Source of the DNA: Planctomycetia bacterium
GTDB taxonomy: Bacteria > Planctomycetota > GCA-002687715
Assembly (NCBI GenBank): GCA_005790545.1
Contig: SXUL01000036.1
Location: 80,123-144,122 of the forward strand
DNA: 64,000 nt
Direction: 5' to 3'
Shown: positions 1 to 9,360 of the stretch, piece after piece
Position numbering within the stretch: the stretch's first letter is position 1
Layout of the letters: each line of letters begins with the position of its first letter
Notes under the pieces: generated by a model
The model's input: only the letters and a program-made list of their open reading frames with translations
Told to the model about the DNA's origin: nothing
Databases searched by the model: none
Translations under genes and position numbers: made by a program

Positions 1-759
1 TCGCAGACGCGCCTGATTCGCGTGGACTGCTCCGAGTACGCGCTGCCACACGAATACGCGAAGCTCATCGGCTCCCCGCCCGGCTACATCGGGCACAACG
101 AAGGCGGCTATCTCACCGAAGCGGCGAAGGAACTGGACGAGTTCGTCGTGCTCTTCGATGAAATTGAGAAGGCTCACAGCAAGATGCACAACATCCTGTT
201 GCAACTCCTCGACGAAGGCATGATCACTGACTCGAAGGGCTTCAAAGTCTCCTTCCGGAATGCCCTGGTGCTGATGACCTCCAACCTCGGGGTGCGCGAG
301 GTCGAGAGCCTGCGCGGAGCCATCGGCTTCGACTGGGAGGAACGCCAGGAGTCACGCTACGAGCAGATGAACACGGCCATCGATGAAGCCCTCAAGAAGT
401 GCTTCCGGCCGGAGTTCCTGAACCGCCTCGACGACATCGTGGTCTTCAACACGCTCACGCGTGAAGACTCGGTGCGCATCGTGGATCTCATGCTCGGCGA
501 GATGTCCGGCATCGCCAAGCGCGCCGGCATCATGCTCCAGTTCGATGCCGCCGTGAAACGCGCACTGGCCGAAAAAGGCTGGCGCCGCGAATGCGGTGCG
601 CGCGAACTCCGGCGCACCCTCAAACAGCAGATCGAGACGCCGCTCACGGACATGCTCCTTGACGGGCGCATCCGCGAGGGCATGGATGTGCGCGTCCGAG
701 TGCGCTCCGGCGACGTCGTGTTCGAGCCCCAGGAGATCGCGACACCGTCGATCGCCTGA
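1..759 (+). CDS. ATP-dependent Clp protease ATP-binding subunit (ClpA/ClpB/ClpC family), C-terminal D2/AAA+ fragment; 5' end is outside the window
   Basis: Translation from position 1 is in frame with ORF 22..759. Contains sensor/arginine-finger-like region '...GSPPGYIGHNEGGYLTEA...VVLFDEIEKAH...LLQLLDEG...VLMTSNLG' and the ClpB_D2-small C-terminal domain typical of Hsp100/Clp ATPases. Confidence 0.85.
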   Translation, partial: SQTRLIRVDCSEYALPHEYAKLIGSPPGYIGHNEGGYLTEAAKELDEFVVLFDEIEKAHSKMHNILLQLLDEGMITDSKGFKVSFRNALVLMTSNLGVREVESLRGAIGFDWEERQESRYEQMNTAIDEALKKCFRPEFLNRLDDIVVFNTLTREDSVRIVDLMLGEMSGIAKRAGIMLQFDAAVKRALAEKGWRRECGARELRRTLKQQIETPLTDMLLDGRIREGMDVRVRVRSGDVVFEPQEIATPSIA

Positions 760-768
760 GGCACACCC

Positions 769-2067
769 TCAGGGATAGATGCGGTAGAGCATGCGCGGGA
801 AGGGAATGCACTCCCGCACGTGCTCGCGCCCGCAGATCCAGGAGACGGTGCGCTCAAGGCCGAGGCCGAATCCGGCATGGGGCACCGTGCCGTAGCGGCG
901 CAGGTCGAGGTACCAGTTGAACGGTTCTTCCGGCAGGCCATGGTGCTTGATGCGCCCCTGCAGGACCTCGAGGTCGTCTTCACGCTGGCTGCCGCCCACC
1001 AGTTCTCCGGAGCCCTCGGGCCCGATGACATCCACGCCGAGGGCGAGCTTCTCGTTCGCGGGGTCGCGCTTCATGTAGAAGGCCTTCACTTCGTGCGGCC
1101 AGCGGTGCACCATCACGGGCATCCCGAAGTGGTCACCGAGTGCCGTTTCGTCCGCAGCTCCGAGATCGCTCCCGTACACGAAGCCGGTGCCGAGCTTGCC
1201 GAGCAACTCTGCGGCCTCGTCATAGGTGATGCGCGGGAACGGAGCCTTGATGCGCTCGAGCTTGCTCACGTCGCGTTCGAGTTCGGCGAGGTCCCCGCGC
1301 TTGTCCGCAAGCACGTCCCCCACGATGGTCGCGATGAGCCCTTCCGCGAGATCCATGACTTCATCGAGGGTCGCGAAGGCGACCTCTGGTTCGACCATCC
1401 AGAACTCGGTCAGGTGGCGGCGCGTCTTGCTCTTCTCGGCGCGGAACACCGGCCCGAACACGTAGACCTTTCCGAGCGCCATGGCTCCCGCTTCGCCGTA
1501 GAGCTGACCGCTCTGGGTGAGGTAGGCCTTGGCGTCGTCGAAGTAGTTCACTTCGAAGAGCGTGGACGTGCCTTCGCAGGCATTGGGCGTGAAGATGGGT
1601 GCGTCGAGGAGCGTGAACCCGCGGTTGTCGAAGTAGTCGCGGATGCTCTTGACGATACGGGCGCGGATGCGCATCACGGCGGCCTGTTTTCTGCTGCGCA
1701 GCCACAGATGGCGCTGACTGAGCAGGAAATCCGGGCCGTGCTCCTGATGTGCGATCGGGTAGTCCTTCACATCCTGCAGGACCTTCAGGCTCTTCAGTCC
1801 CAATTCGAAACCGCCCGGGGCGCGCGCGTCTTCGCGCACGGTGCCCGTGACGATGAGGCTTGACTCCTGACCGAGATGCCCCGCCTCATCGAAGGTGGCG
1901 TCGGGGACCTCGCCCTTCACCATCACGCCTTGCACAATGCCGCTGCCGTCGCGGATGAGGAGGAAGTGCAGTTTGCCCTTCGAGCGGCGGCTGTAGAGCC
2001 AGCCACGCACCTCCACGTCCTTGCCGACATGGTCCTTGAAATCACGAATGGAGGATTGGGCCGTCAT
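769..2067 (-). CDS. asnS: Class II aminoacyl-tRNA synthetase, most likely asparagine--tRNA ligase (archaeal-type short AspRS not excluded)
   Basis: 432 aa. N-terminal OB anticodon-binding fold followed by class II core with motifs 'FRAE', 'GGSQRE' and C-terminal '[27 protein letters not shown]', typical of AsnRS/AspRS subclass IIb. Confidence 0.65.
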   Translation of the reverse strand: MTAQSSIRDFKDHVGKDVEVRGWLYSRRSKGKLHFLLIRDGSGIVQGVMVKGEVPDATFDEAGHLGQESSLIVTGTVREDARAPGGFELGLKSLKVLQDVKDYPIAHQEHGPDFLLSQRHLWLRSRKQAAVMRIRARIVKSIRDYFDNRGFTLLDAPIFTPNACEGTSTLFEVNYFDDAKAYLTQSGQLYGEAGAMALGKVYVFGPVFRAEKSKTRRHLTEFWMVEPEVAFATLDEVMDLAEGLIATIVGDVLADKRGDLAELERDVSKLERIKAPFPRITYDEAAELLGKLGTGFVYGSDLGAADETALGDHFGMPVMVHRWPHEVKAFYMKRDPANEKLALGVDVIGPEGSGELVGGSQREDDLEVLQGRIKHHGLPEEPFNWYLDLRRYGTVPHAGFGLGLERTVSWICGREHVRECIPFPRMLYRIYP

Positions 2068-2078
2068 GGGATCCTGTA

Positions 2079-2606
2079 TCAGGGAAAGAGAAACGTCGGC
2101 AGGCGCATGTCCATGCCGGTGACCGCGCCGTCCTTGACGAGAACGGCGCCGAATCGCGTCTGGTCGCCATGGCGAGCACTCACGAGGAAACGCTCGCCGC
2201 CATCCCGCTCCGTGCGCTGCAGGATCACGATGGAGGCGTAGCCCTCCTCCGCAAGCTTCCGACGCACGAGATCCTCCGCATCAGGCGCCGTCGCGCCTGC
2301 TGCCAGCATGGCCCCGTGCATCTCGCGGCGCACAAGGGCCACATCCGCCGCGAGCTTCGCCTGCGCTTCCGCAGCTGCAGCCTGCGCTTCCAGGACCTCG
2401 GAAAGGAGGCGCTGCACCTCCCCTTCCGGCGCAGTCGGGATGATGACCGGGGGCCGCGCGGTGATGTCATTCGCGCGTTGCTCGAGTTTCTCGAGGCGCG
2501 CCGCCGTGCGCTCGGCCGCGTGGCGCATGGCCGCAAGCTGCCGCCAGATGAGCACTGCTGCGGTGGCAAGCGACGCCAGCACGAGCATGTCCATGACCGG
2601 AGGCAT
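2079..2606 (-). CDS. hypothetical membrane-anchored coiled-coil protein
   Basis: 175 aa ORF 11 bp upstream of asnS on the same strand. N-terminal hydrophobic helix ([15 protein letters not shown]) then Ala/Glu-rich helical region. No recognisable family. Confidence 0.4.
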   Translation of the reverse strand: MPPVMDMLVLASLATAAVLIWRQLAAMRHAAERTAARLEKLEQRANDITARPPVIIPTAPEGEVQRLLSEVLEAQAAAAEAQAKLAADVALVRREMHGAMLAAGATAPDAEDLVRRKLAEEGYASIVILQRTERDGGERFLVSARHGDQTRFGAVLVKDGAVTGMDMRLPTFLFP

Positions 2607-2669
2607 GTCTGGAGCGTATCAACGCGCCGTGACGGAGCCAGCACGCGGAGCGTCGCGTATGGTGCGCGC

Positions 2670-4064
2670 ATGACGAGCTTCCCATCCTTCTCCGTGCGGG
2701 TCTTCGCCCTGCTCTTGCTCACACTTGGCGGCCTCGAAGCCCAGTGCGGCATGCAGCTCTACGCCCAACACTGCGCAGCCTGCCATGGTGAACGTGGCCG
2801 CGGCGACGGGCCCGCCGCCCGCTTCCTCGACCCCAAGCCGCGCGACTTCCAGAGCGGGCACTTCCGGTTTGTGAGCACGGACAACGGCGTGCCCTCCGAC
2901 ACGGACATCCTCGAAGCGATCTCCGCGGGACTGCCGGGGTCCGCCATGCTCGGGTTCACGCAACTCACTCCGCCTGAACGCATCCGCCTTGTGGACTATG
3001 TGCGCGTGCTCCGCCGCGCCGGAATCCGCGAGCGCCTCGCGGGCACCGGTCTTGAAGGAGATGCACTGGAAGCAGAGGTCTTCGCCCTCGACACGCCCGG
3101 GGCGCTGGTGCGCCCTGCGGCCGAAACCCCGGACACCATGGAGAGCCGCGCGCGCGGGGCTCTGCACTGGACGCGGCTGTGTGCGTCGTGCCACGGTGAC
3201 AATGGCCGGGGTGTGTTCGATCCCTTGCGCATCACCGCCGAGGGGCACCTCGTACAACCCCGGGATCTCACCCGTGGAGTGATGAAGAGCGGCCACGAAG
3301 CCGAGCGGCTGTGGCAACGGGTGCGCTGCGGCATTCCCGGCACCCCGATGCCGAAGCTCACGGCGAAGGAACTGGATGACGATGCCCTGTGGGATCTGCT
3401 GCACCATCTGCAGAGCCTCGTCCCCGCCGGGCGTCAGGCGCTGCACGACCCCTTGCGCTGGACCATCGGCGTGCCGCGCCTCGCAGGTGCGCTGCCCACC
3501 GATCCGGCGGACGAACGCTTCAACGGAGTGAGCGCCACTTGGATTGCACTCGCGCCCATGCAAGCGCACACGCCGAACGTCAACGGTGTGATGCTGCAGG
3601 CTGCCCACGACGGCGAGCACGTTGTGCTGCGTATCCAGTACGCCGACAGGACCTTCAACGCTGCCGGCGTGCCCGGTGCGCCGGACGGCGTTGCGGTGCG
3701 ACTCACGAGCGCAGCCCGTCCGCCCGTGCTGCCACTGCCCGGCATGCCGCTGCCCGTTGACCGCGCGCTCTGGCTGGCCGGCGCCAAGCCGGCTCCGGAT
3801 GATCCGATCTTCGAACATCTCGTGCCGCGTTTCGAAAACCCGGACAGCGTGTGCAAGTCGCCCATCGGACCAGAACACGTCGGCAAGGCTGCTTGGCGTG
3901 ATGGCCTGTGGACTGTGCTCATGCTCGTGAAACCTGAACGGGCCGGTCGTCTCAGTGTCGGTGGAACGATGCCGCTCAGCCTCGCGGTTTTCGATGGCGC
4001 GACGGCACGCGGCCCGCTGCCGGGAGCCTTCTCCCACTGGCAGACACTGCGTTTCCTGCCCTGA
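2670..4064 (+). CDS. diheme c-type cytochrome (two CXXCH motifs) with about 200 aa C-terminal non-heme domain
   Basis: In-frame ATG at 2670 gives signal-peptide-like N-terminus (MTSFPSFSVRVFALLLLTLGGLEA). Heme-binding motifs CAACHG and CASCHG are present. The upstream 167 codons of ORF 2169..4064 overlap the antisense gene 2079..2606 and lack a signal peptide. Confidence 0.8.
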   Translation: MTSFPSFSVRVFALLLLTLGGLEAQCGMQLYAQHCAACHGERGRGDGPAARFLDPKPRDFQSGHFRFVSTDNGVPSDTDILEAISAGLPGSAMLGFTQLTPPERIRLVDYVRVLRRAGIRERLAGTGLEGDALEAEVFALDTPGALVRPAAETPDTMESRARGALHWTRLCASCHGDNGRGVFDPLRITAEGHLVQPRDLTRGVMKSGHEAERLWQRVRCGIPGTPMPKLTAKELDDDALWDLLHHLQSLVPAGRQALHDPLRWTIGVPRLAGALPTDPADERFNGVSATWIALAPMQAHTPNVNGVMLQAAHDGEHVVLRIQYADRTFNAAGVPGAPDGVAVRLTSAARPPVLPLPGMPLPVDRALWLAGAKPAPDDPIFEHLVPRFENPDSVCKSPIGPEHVGKAAWRDGLWTVLMLVKPERAGRLSVGGTMPLSLAVFDGATARGPLPGAFSHWQTLRFLP

Positions 4065-5249
4065 TCAGCGCATCTTTGCGATACGGGAGGCGATCTCCCG
4101 CGCGATGACCATGGAGGCGCGCTGGTTCGGATGTCCGGTGCCGTTCACGAAGAGTGCGCCGGTATCCTCGCCTTCAGCAAGGCTCGCAACCAGCGCCGGC
4201 CCGAGATCCAGCACGCAATCCTCGTTGTCGAGCTCTTCGAGGATTGGCTTCCAAACGGTGGGCGTCCCGCTTCTGTAGCGCGCGATGTCATCCGACTGCG
4301 GGAGCAGCACGACGAGGGGCGCGCTGTCGGCTGCGCGCGAACTGTCGATGAACAGCCGCAGGAGCGCGGCCGTGACTTGGACCCCCTCGCCTCCGCGCTG
4401 CGTGAGTCGCAGAATCTGCTCATGACGCTCCCGATGTTCGCGCCGCGAGCGCATCCAGCGCAGCAGACGAAACGCATCCGTCCATGGCTCTGCGTGAAAG
4501 CCGGGACGGTACACCGCATCCAGCGCGCTCAGCGCGGAAGCATCGTAGTGACGGACAATTTCCGCGACCTTCGAAGGCGCCACACACGGCTGGTTCAAGA
4601 GGGCGAGGCTGCCGTCCGTCTCGAGGGCAAAGCGCGGTTTCGTCCAGGGCATGTCGGTCCAGTGGAGGTACGCGCTGCGCAGGATGTTCACATTGCGGAG
4701 CAAATCGTCGCGGCAAAGCGCAAGCACCGAGACCTTGGACTCAATGCTGGTACGGAGAGCGAGCGCGCGCAACAGGGCCTGATCCGTGCCATAGCCGGGC
4801 ACGCCCGCGTTGTGCACGCGCCAGTTGTCGCCGAGAGCGACACCCAGTTGTGCAGCCCAAGTGTCCTCGAAGCGGAGTTCATCGCCGTGGGTGAACGAGT
4901 CCCCTGCGAGGAGGACGGCCATTGCATCGGCGCGCGTTGTCGTGACCACGCTACCGGTGCGCAAGCCGCGCTCGTCGGCCTGATAGAGCCCGTCCACCGA
5001 ACGACCGGACGGTTTGATGGTCCAGCCAAGTGTCGCGTCAGGAATGATGTAGGCGTGCTCCTCCGGGGCCTTCCGCAGCAGTTCCTCGTGCTGCGTGGTC
5101 AAGCGCTCGAAGGGCAGCAGTTTGATGCCGAACAGCGTCGCATGGCCTTCAACATCACGGGTGAAAAGGCGCAGCGCGAGTTCGAGCACGGCCACGAAAA
5201 TCAGCATCCCGATCAGGATGCGCAACAGAATGCGCAGCAGGCGACTCAT
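4065..5249 (-). CDS. SGNH/GDSL-family hydrolase-like membrane-anchored protein
   Basis: Start at internal Met (MSRLLRILL...) gives an N-terminal TM helix. 'LLAGDSFTHG' block resembles the SGNH hydrolase block I (GDS). ATGA start/stop overlap with the upstream gene at 5246-5249. Confidence 0.6.
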   Translation of the reverse strand: MSRLLRILLRILIGMLIFVAVLELALRLFTRDVEGHATLFGIKLLPFERLTTQHEELLRKAPEEHAYIIPDATLGWTIKPSGRSVDGLYQADERGLRTGSVVTTTRADAMAVLLAGDSFTHGDELRFEDTWAAQLGVALGDNWRVHNAGVPGYGTDQALLRALALRTSIESKVSVLALCRDDLLRNVNILRSAYLHWTDMPWTKPRFALETDGSLALLNQPCVAPSKVAEIVRHYDASALSALDAVYRPGFHAEPWTDAFRLLRWMRSRREHRERHEQILRLTQRGGEGVQVTAALLRLFIDSSRAADSAPLVVLLPQSDDIARYRSGTPTVWKPILEELDNEDCVLDLGPALVASLAEGEDTGALFVNGTGHPNQRASMVIAREIASRIAKMR

Positions 5250-6595
5250 GCGGATGTCCTCGCGAGAAAGTGCAGCGTGAACCACAGGACCAGCAGCAAG
5301 GCGACGAGCGTGAGGAACCACGGCGCAAGAGACACGGGTTGTGCGCTCCCGAAAGACGGGGCCCGCCACGTCTCGGTCGTGGTGCGCGCGCCAGCCGTGG
5401 CATCCGCATCCAGCACGCCTTCATTCACGGCCGCGGTACTGCTGCCCAGATGCGCAAGAATATCCCGCACCATCAGTGGCAGAGCTGCGTGCGCGGCCAT
5501 CTCCTCCGGGTCTGCGAGCAACAGCAGATCCCCTGCACTGCCGACGAGCAGTGGTTCAGAGGCAAGGGTGCAGTGCACCTCGACGGAGGCCGGCGCCGCG
5601 TGCAACGCAAGCTCCAACGCCTCGCCAGCGGACTCGTCCGCCCACGAACCGGCCACAACGCCCCGGACACGCCGTTGCACACCAGCATGCGCCACACGGA
5701 GCATCTTCCCGGCCTTGCCACCGCCGACCCCGAGGTCTGCGTCTTCACGCACAAAGCTCACATCTGTCTGAGCCTTGAGCGCGCGGACGAGGCTCGGCGC
5801 CGAATCCGGCCCGAGGTGGACACGCACCGGGCCGCGTGCCAAGCGCAGGGTGGCCACGTCATCCTCGGGCAAGGCGTCGCCGCCGCCCACGCGCGCCTCG
5901 AGAATCTCGCCGGCGCGCAGCACGACATCAGGAATGGACCTCGAGAACGTCTCAGCGGTGAAAATCTGCTCGCACAGGATGCGCGGGTGTCCTGTCGCGG
6001 CGCTGATCTGCACTGTCAAGGTGCGTTCCGTTCCCGGACTGCGCTGGCGCGCCGTCACCTGCAACAGCCCCCCCGCCGAGAGACTGAGGCGCGTGATCCC
6101 CGCGTTGCCCACGGCATGTGCCAACTGGATGAAGCCTGCGTCCGCGGGCGCCGTGACTTCCGGGCGGTCCGTCACGAGCACGCCGATCTCGCCCTTGGCG
6201 CGGAGGTTGGCGAGCGCGCCTTGCGTGTCTTCCGCCATCAACACCCTCACAGGCTCACCCATGGCTGTGCGCAGCGTGGTTGTCGCGCGCTCGATCCCGC
6301 TCACACCCTGGACTCGCGTCAGCAACGAAGCGCGGCCATCATGGACGAGCACGTGAGGTGCTGGACCGTCCTGCCGTTCCGGACGGGCCAGTGCAAAGAT
6401 GGCTGCCAGAAGGGCAACGCCGAGAAGCACGCGCTGCAGTTTTGGCAACACCAGACGCCGTGCAGGCGCCGTCGCAAGCACCCTTTCGAGCAACAGGACG
6501 CTGCTCCACTTGCGCCGGCGCGGGCGCGTGGCGAACAGCCAGAGCAGCAACGCCGGCGGAATGAGGGCGAGCACCCATGGCGCGGCGAAACTCAC
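5246..6595 (-). CDS. BatA-domain (N-terminal double-transmembrane) protein; lacks recognisable vWA motif
   Basis: N-terminus 'MSFAAPWVLALIPPALLLWLFATRPRRRKW' matches the BatA/aerotolerance N-terminal double-TM signature. C-terminal TM helix present. ATGA overlap with the DUF58 gene at 6592-6595. Confidence 0.55.
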   Translation of the reverse strand: MSFAAPWVLALIPPALLLWLFATRPRRRKWSSVLLLERVLATAPARRLVLPKLQRVLLGVALLAAIFALARPERQDGPAPHVLVHDGRASLLTRVQGVSGIERATTTLRTAMGEPVRVLMAEDTQGALANLRAKGEIGVLVTDRPEVTAPADAGFIQLAHAVGNAGITRLSLSAGGLLQVTARQRSPGTERTLTVQISAATGHPRILCEQIFTAETFSRSIPDVVLRAGEILEARVGGGDALPEDDVATLRLARGPVRVHLGPDSAPSLVRALKAQTDVSFVREDADLGVGGGKAGKMLRVAHAGVQRRVRGVVAGSWADESAGEALELALHAAPASVEVHCTLASEPLLVGSAGDLLLLADPEEMAAHAALPLMVRDILAHLGSSTAAVNEGVLDADATAGARTTTETWRAPSFGSAQPVSLAPWFLTLVALLLVLWFTLHFLARTSA

Positions 6596-7440
6596 GCGTC
6601 ACCGCCAGGGCCGCACCAGCGCAGCAGCGTGTCTTCGAAGGGCCGACTGTCATCGGCCGCGGTCATGCGCACACCATGCACATGACAAAGCCGCCGCCAT
6701 GCTTCCTCATGTGCAGCAAGAGCCGCAGTCCACGCACCTTGTCGCGCTGCGCCATCATCCACAGCGCACTCCCGTTCGCCCTCGCCTCCGAGACAGCGAT
6801 TCGCTCCGGCTGGCAGCATGCGTTCACATGCCGCCGCGATGAGAATGAGACTCGCGCCCCCTGCACGCGCGAGCGCCGCCACCGCCGCCGCAGGCAAAGG
6901 CTCGACCAAGCCATCCGAAAGGAGAATCACGATGCGGTGCGGCGCGGTGCGCAGCGTTGCGAGTGCGCTGAGTGCCGTCGGCCCGTCAGGCGCGGGCAGA
7001 TTCTCGACGACCTGCAGCAATGGCTCGAATCGACGTGCTCCCTGCCAGCGCCCGAGCGTGACCGATCCGCCTTCACCCGCCAACGCGAGTTGCACGGTGC
7101 CACCGGCGGCGAGGCCGAGCCAACCGAGGGCCACTGCGAGTTCGCGCTGCAGGCCATCCTTGCCTCCGCGCTCATCTGCCATGGAGCCGGAGCGATCGAG
7201 GAGCAGCAGCAATTCGGGCGCCTCGCCACTTCCCGGCTGGCGCACGTGCAATTCGTCGAGCCGAGCCAGAACGTTCCAGTCGATGCGCCTCGGATCATCG
7301 CCCTCGACGAACGGTCTGTGGCCCCAAGGATCGCCTTGCGCCCCACGGCGCCGCGCCCCAGCGGAGCCGGTGCGACTGGCGAGCTGCCGCTCGAGAGCGA
7401 GCACGCGCGGACGGAAATCCGCAGCGAAGCGGAAAGGCAT
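6592..7440 (-). CDS. DUF58 family protein (MoxR-associated, vWA-like)
   Basis: 282 aa with 'LLLDRSGSM' MIDAS-like motif characteristic of DUF58 proteins, usually found downstream of MoxR AAA ATPases. No MoxR gene is present here. Confidence 0.6.
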   Translation of the reverse strand: MPFRFAADFRPRVLALERQLASRTGSAGARRRGAQGDPWGHRPFVEGDDPRRIDWNVLARLDELHVRQPGSGEAPELLLLLDRSGSMADERGGKDGLQRELAVALGWLGLAAGGTVQLALAGEGGSVTLGRWQGARRFEPLLQVVENLPAPDGPTALSALATLRTAPHRIVILLSDGLVEPLPAAAVAALARAGGASLILIAAACERMLPAGANRCLGGEGERECAVDDGAARQGAWTAALAAHEEAWRRLCHVHGVRMTAADDSRPFEDTLLRWCGPGGDA

Positions 7441-7460
7441 GCGGAGATGTTACTCCGCTG

Positions 7461-9359
7461 TCAGCGCGGTGCGACGCTCTGCAGCGCCTGACGAATGCGC
7501 CCGGCGAGTCCCTTCGGATCGAGACCGAGCTCCACCATCAACTCCGCGCGCGAACCGTGCGGCACGAGCGCATCCGGCAGGGCGATGGGACGAATGCGTG
7601 CTGCATCGAGACCGTGGAGTGCGCACTCCTCCAGCACGGCGGAGGCAAAGCCGCCACGGAGTGTGTGCTCCTCGAGAGTGAAGACCTGCGCATGCCTCGC
7701 GAGCAGGTCGCGCAGCATGTCGATGTCCATGGGCCGCACGAAGCGTGCATTGACCACCGTGATCTCGATGCCCTCGGCAGACAGAAGTTCGGCGGCCTCC
7801 ATTGCTGGATAGACGAGGTGCCCAAGCGCGAAGATGGCCGCATCTCCACCCGAACGCAACTTCTCGGCAAGCCCCGCCAGCAGTTCCCGGCGGATCGGCA
7901 ATTCCTGCGCGGCATCCGGTGCCGCCGTGCGCGGATAGCGGATGGCCACCGCCTTGCCGCTGTCCAGAGCGAGATCGAACATGGCCTGGAATTCCGTGGC
8001 GTCGCGCGCGGACATGAGCATGATGTCCGGGAACGTGCGCATGAAGGCGATGTCGTAGCTGCCGTTGTGCGTGGCACCATCCGGCCCCACCACTCCGGCG
8101 CGATCGATGCAGAACACCACCGGAATGTGGTTGAGTGAGACCTCGTGGAAGACCTGGTCGAAAGCGCGCTGCAGGAAGGTGCTGAAGATGGTGCACACCG
8201 GCTTCAGGCCCGCTTTCGCGAGACCCGCAGCGAACGCGACCGCGTGCTGCTCGCAAATACCGACATCGAAGGCCTTGCCCGGGTGCGCCTTCATGAAACG
8301 TGTCACCGCCGTGTTGTCGGGCATGGCTGCCGTGATGACACGCAGCTCCGGATCACGCTCGGCGCGAGCGATGGCCGCATCCGCAAAGACATCGCTCCAG
8401 TTGCGGATGCCCTGACGTGCGAACTCACGCTGTGGTGGTGACGAAGGCGGCAGCTTCGGACTGATGCCGTGCCACTTGATGGGATCGCGTACCGCATCCA
8501 CGTGTCCGCGCCCCTTCTCGGTGATCACGTGCAGGAGCTTGAAGCCCTTCTGGCGCTTCAGGTCTTCCAGAATGGCCATGAGATGGCCGATGTCGTGGCC
8601 GTTCACGGGACCGAAGTAGCGCGGACCGAGTGCTTCAAAGATGTAGCCCGGACGAATGGCCGAGAGCACCGCATCGCGCGCCTGAGCGAGATCCTTCTCC
8701 AGCCGGTCGCCGACCACGGGAATGGCGTGAATGAAGCGATGCGCAGATTCTTTCAGCTCGTTGTAGAAGCCGCCCGCACGCATGCGCGCGAGATATTCAG
8801 AGAAGGCTCCGACGGACTTCGAGATGCTCATCTCGTTGTCGTTGAGGATCACCAGCACGTCGCGTTGCAGCACGCCGGCGTGGTTCAGCGCTTCGAAGGC
8901 CACGCCTGTGGCGATGGAAGCATCTCCCACCACTGCGACGTGATGGCGCTCGGCACCACCCTTGGCCAGGTCTCCCTCGGCCATGCCGAGCACCACGGAA
9001 AGCGCGGTGCCTGCATGGGCGAAGTGAAAGAGGTCGTAAGGGCTCTCTTCCGGATGGGTGTAACCGGCGAGACCGTGGCGCTGACGAATGGTGCCGAACT
9101 GTTCGCGACGGCCCGTCAGGAGCTTGTGCGGGTAGCACTGGTGCGAGACATCGAACACCAGACGGTCATGCAGGAAGTCGTAGACGCGATGCAGGGCGAT
9201 GGTCAGTTCCACCACGCCGAGACCGCTCGCGAGATGGCCGCCGTTGCGGCCGATGGTCTCCACGATCGTGGAGCGGATCTCTTCGGCCACCTTCGGCAGA
9301 TCGGCCAGAGGCAGGGCACGAAGGTCTGCGGGATCGTTGATGCGTTGCAGGAGTCCCAT
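7461..9359 (-). CDS. dxs: 1-deoxy-D-xylulose-5-phosphate synthase
   Basis: 633 aa from Met at 9359 (MGLLQRINDPADLRALP...). TPP-binding motifs 'GDGA/GDAS...NDN' and transketolase-like domains are present. The upstream 103 codons of ORF 7461..9668 are out of family and overlap ispA. Confidence 0.95.
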   Translation of the reverse strand: MGLLQRINDPADLRALPLADLPKVAEEIRSTIVETIGRNGGHLASGLGVVELTIALHRVYDFLHDRLVFDVSHQCYPHKLLTGRREQFGTIRQRHGLAGYTHPEESPYDLFHFAHAGTALSVVLGMAEGDLAKGGAERHHVAVVGDASIATGVAFEALNHAGVLQRDVLVILNDNEMSISKSVGAFSEYLARMRAGGFYNELKESAHRFIHAIPVVGDRLEKDLAQARDAVLSAIRPGYIFEALGPRYFGPVNGHDIGHLMAILEDLKRQKGFKLLHVITEKGRGHVDAVRDPIKWHGISPKLPPSSPPQREFARQGIRNWSDVFADAAIARAERDPELRVITAAMPDNTAVTRFMKAHPGKAFDVGICEQHAVAFAAGLAKAGLKPVCTIFSTFLQRAFDQVFHEVSLNHIPVVFCIDRAGVVGPDGATHNGSYDIAFMRTFPDIMLMSARDATEFQAMFDLALDSGKAVAIRYPRTAAPDAAQELPIRRELLAGLAEKLRSGGDAAIFALGHLVYPAMEAAELLSAEGIEITVVNARFVRPMDIDMLRDLLARHAQVFTLEEHTLRGGFASAVLEECALHGLDAARIRPIALPDALVPHGSRAELMVELGLDPKGLAGRIRQALQSVAPR

Positions 9360-9360
9360 G

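Noticed and set aside
357-1863. Long antisense/alternate-frame ORFs (357..1031 -, 820..1863 +, 1361..1705 -) overlapping the Clp and asnS genes
   Set aside because: Arg/Ala/Ser/Pro-rich translations typical of spurious ORFs in GC-rich DNA. They lie entirely inside well-supported conserved genes.
2169-2669. N-terminal 167 codons of ORF 2169..4064
   Set aside because: No signal peptide or homology. Overlaps the convergent gene 2079..2606. The in-frame ATG at 2670 gives a proper secretory cytochrome c N-terminus.
2619-6685. Large shadow ORFs 2619..4037 (-), 4131..5771 (+), 5270..6685 (+)
   Set aside because: Opposite-strand or off-frame shadows of the cytochrome c, SGNH-hydrolase and BatA-like genes. 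Composition-driven, no recognisable domains.
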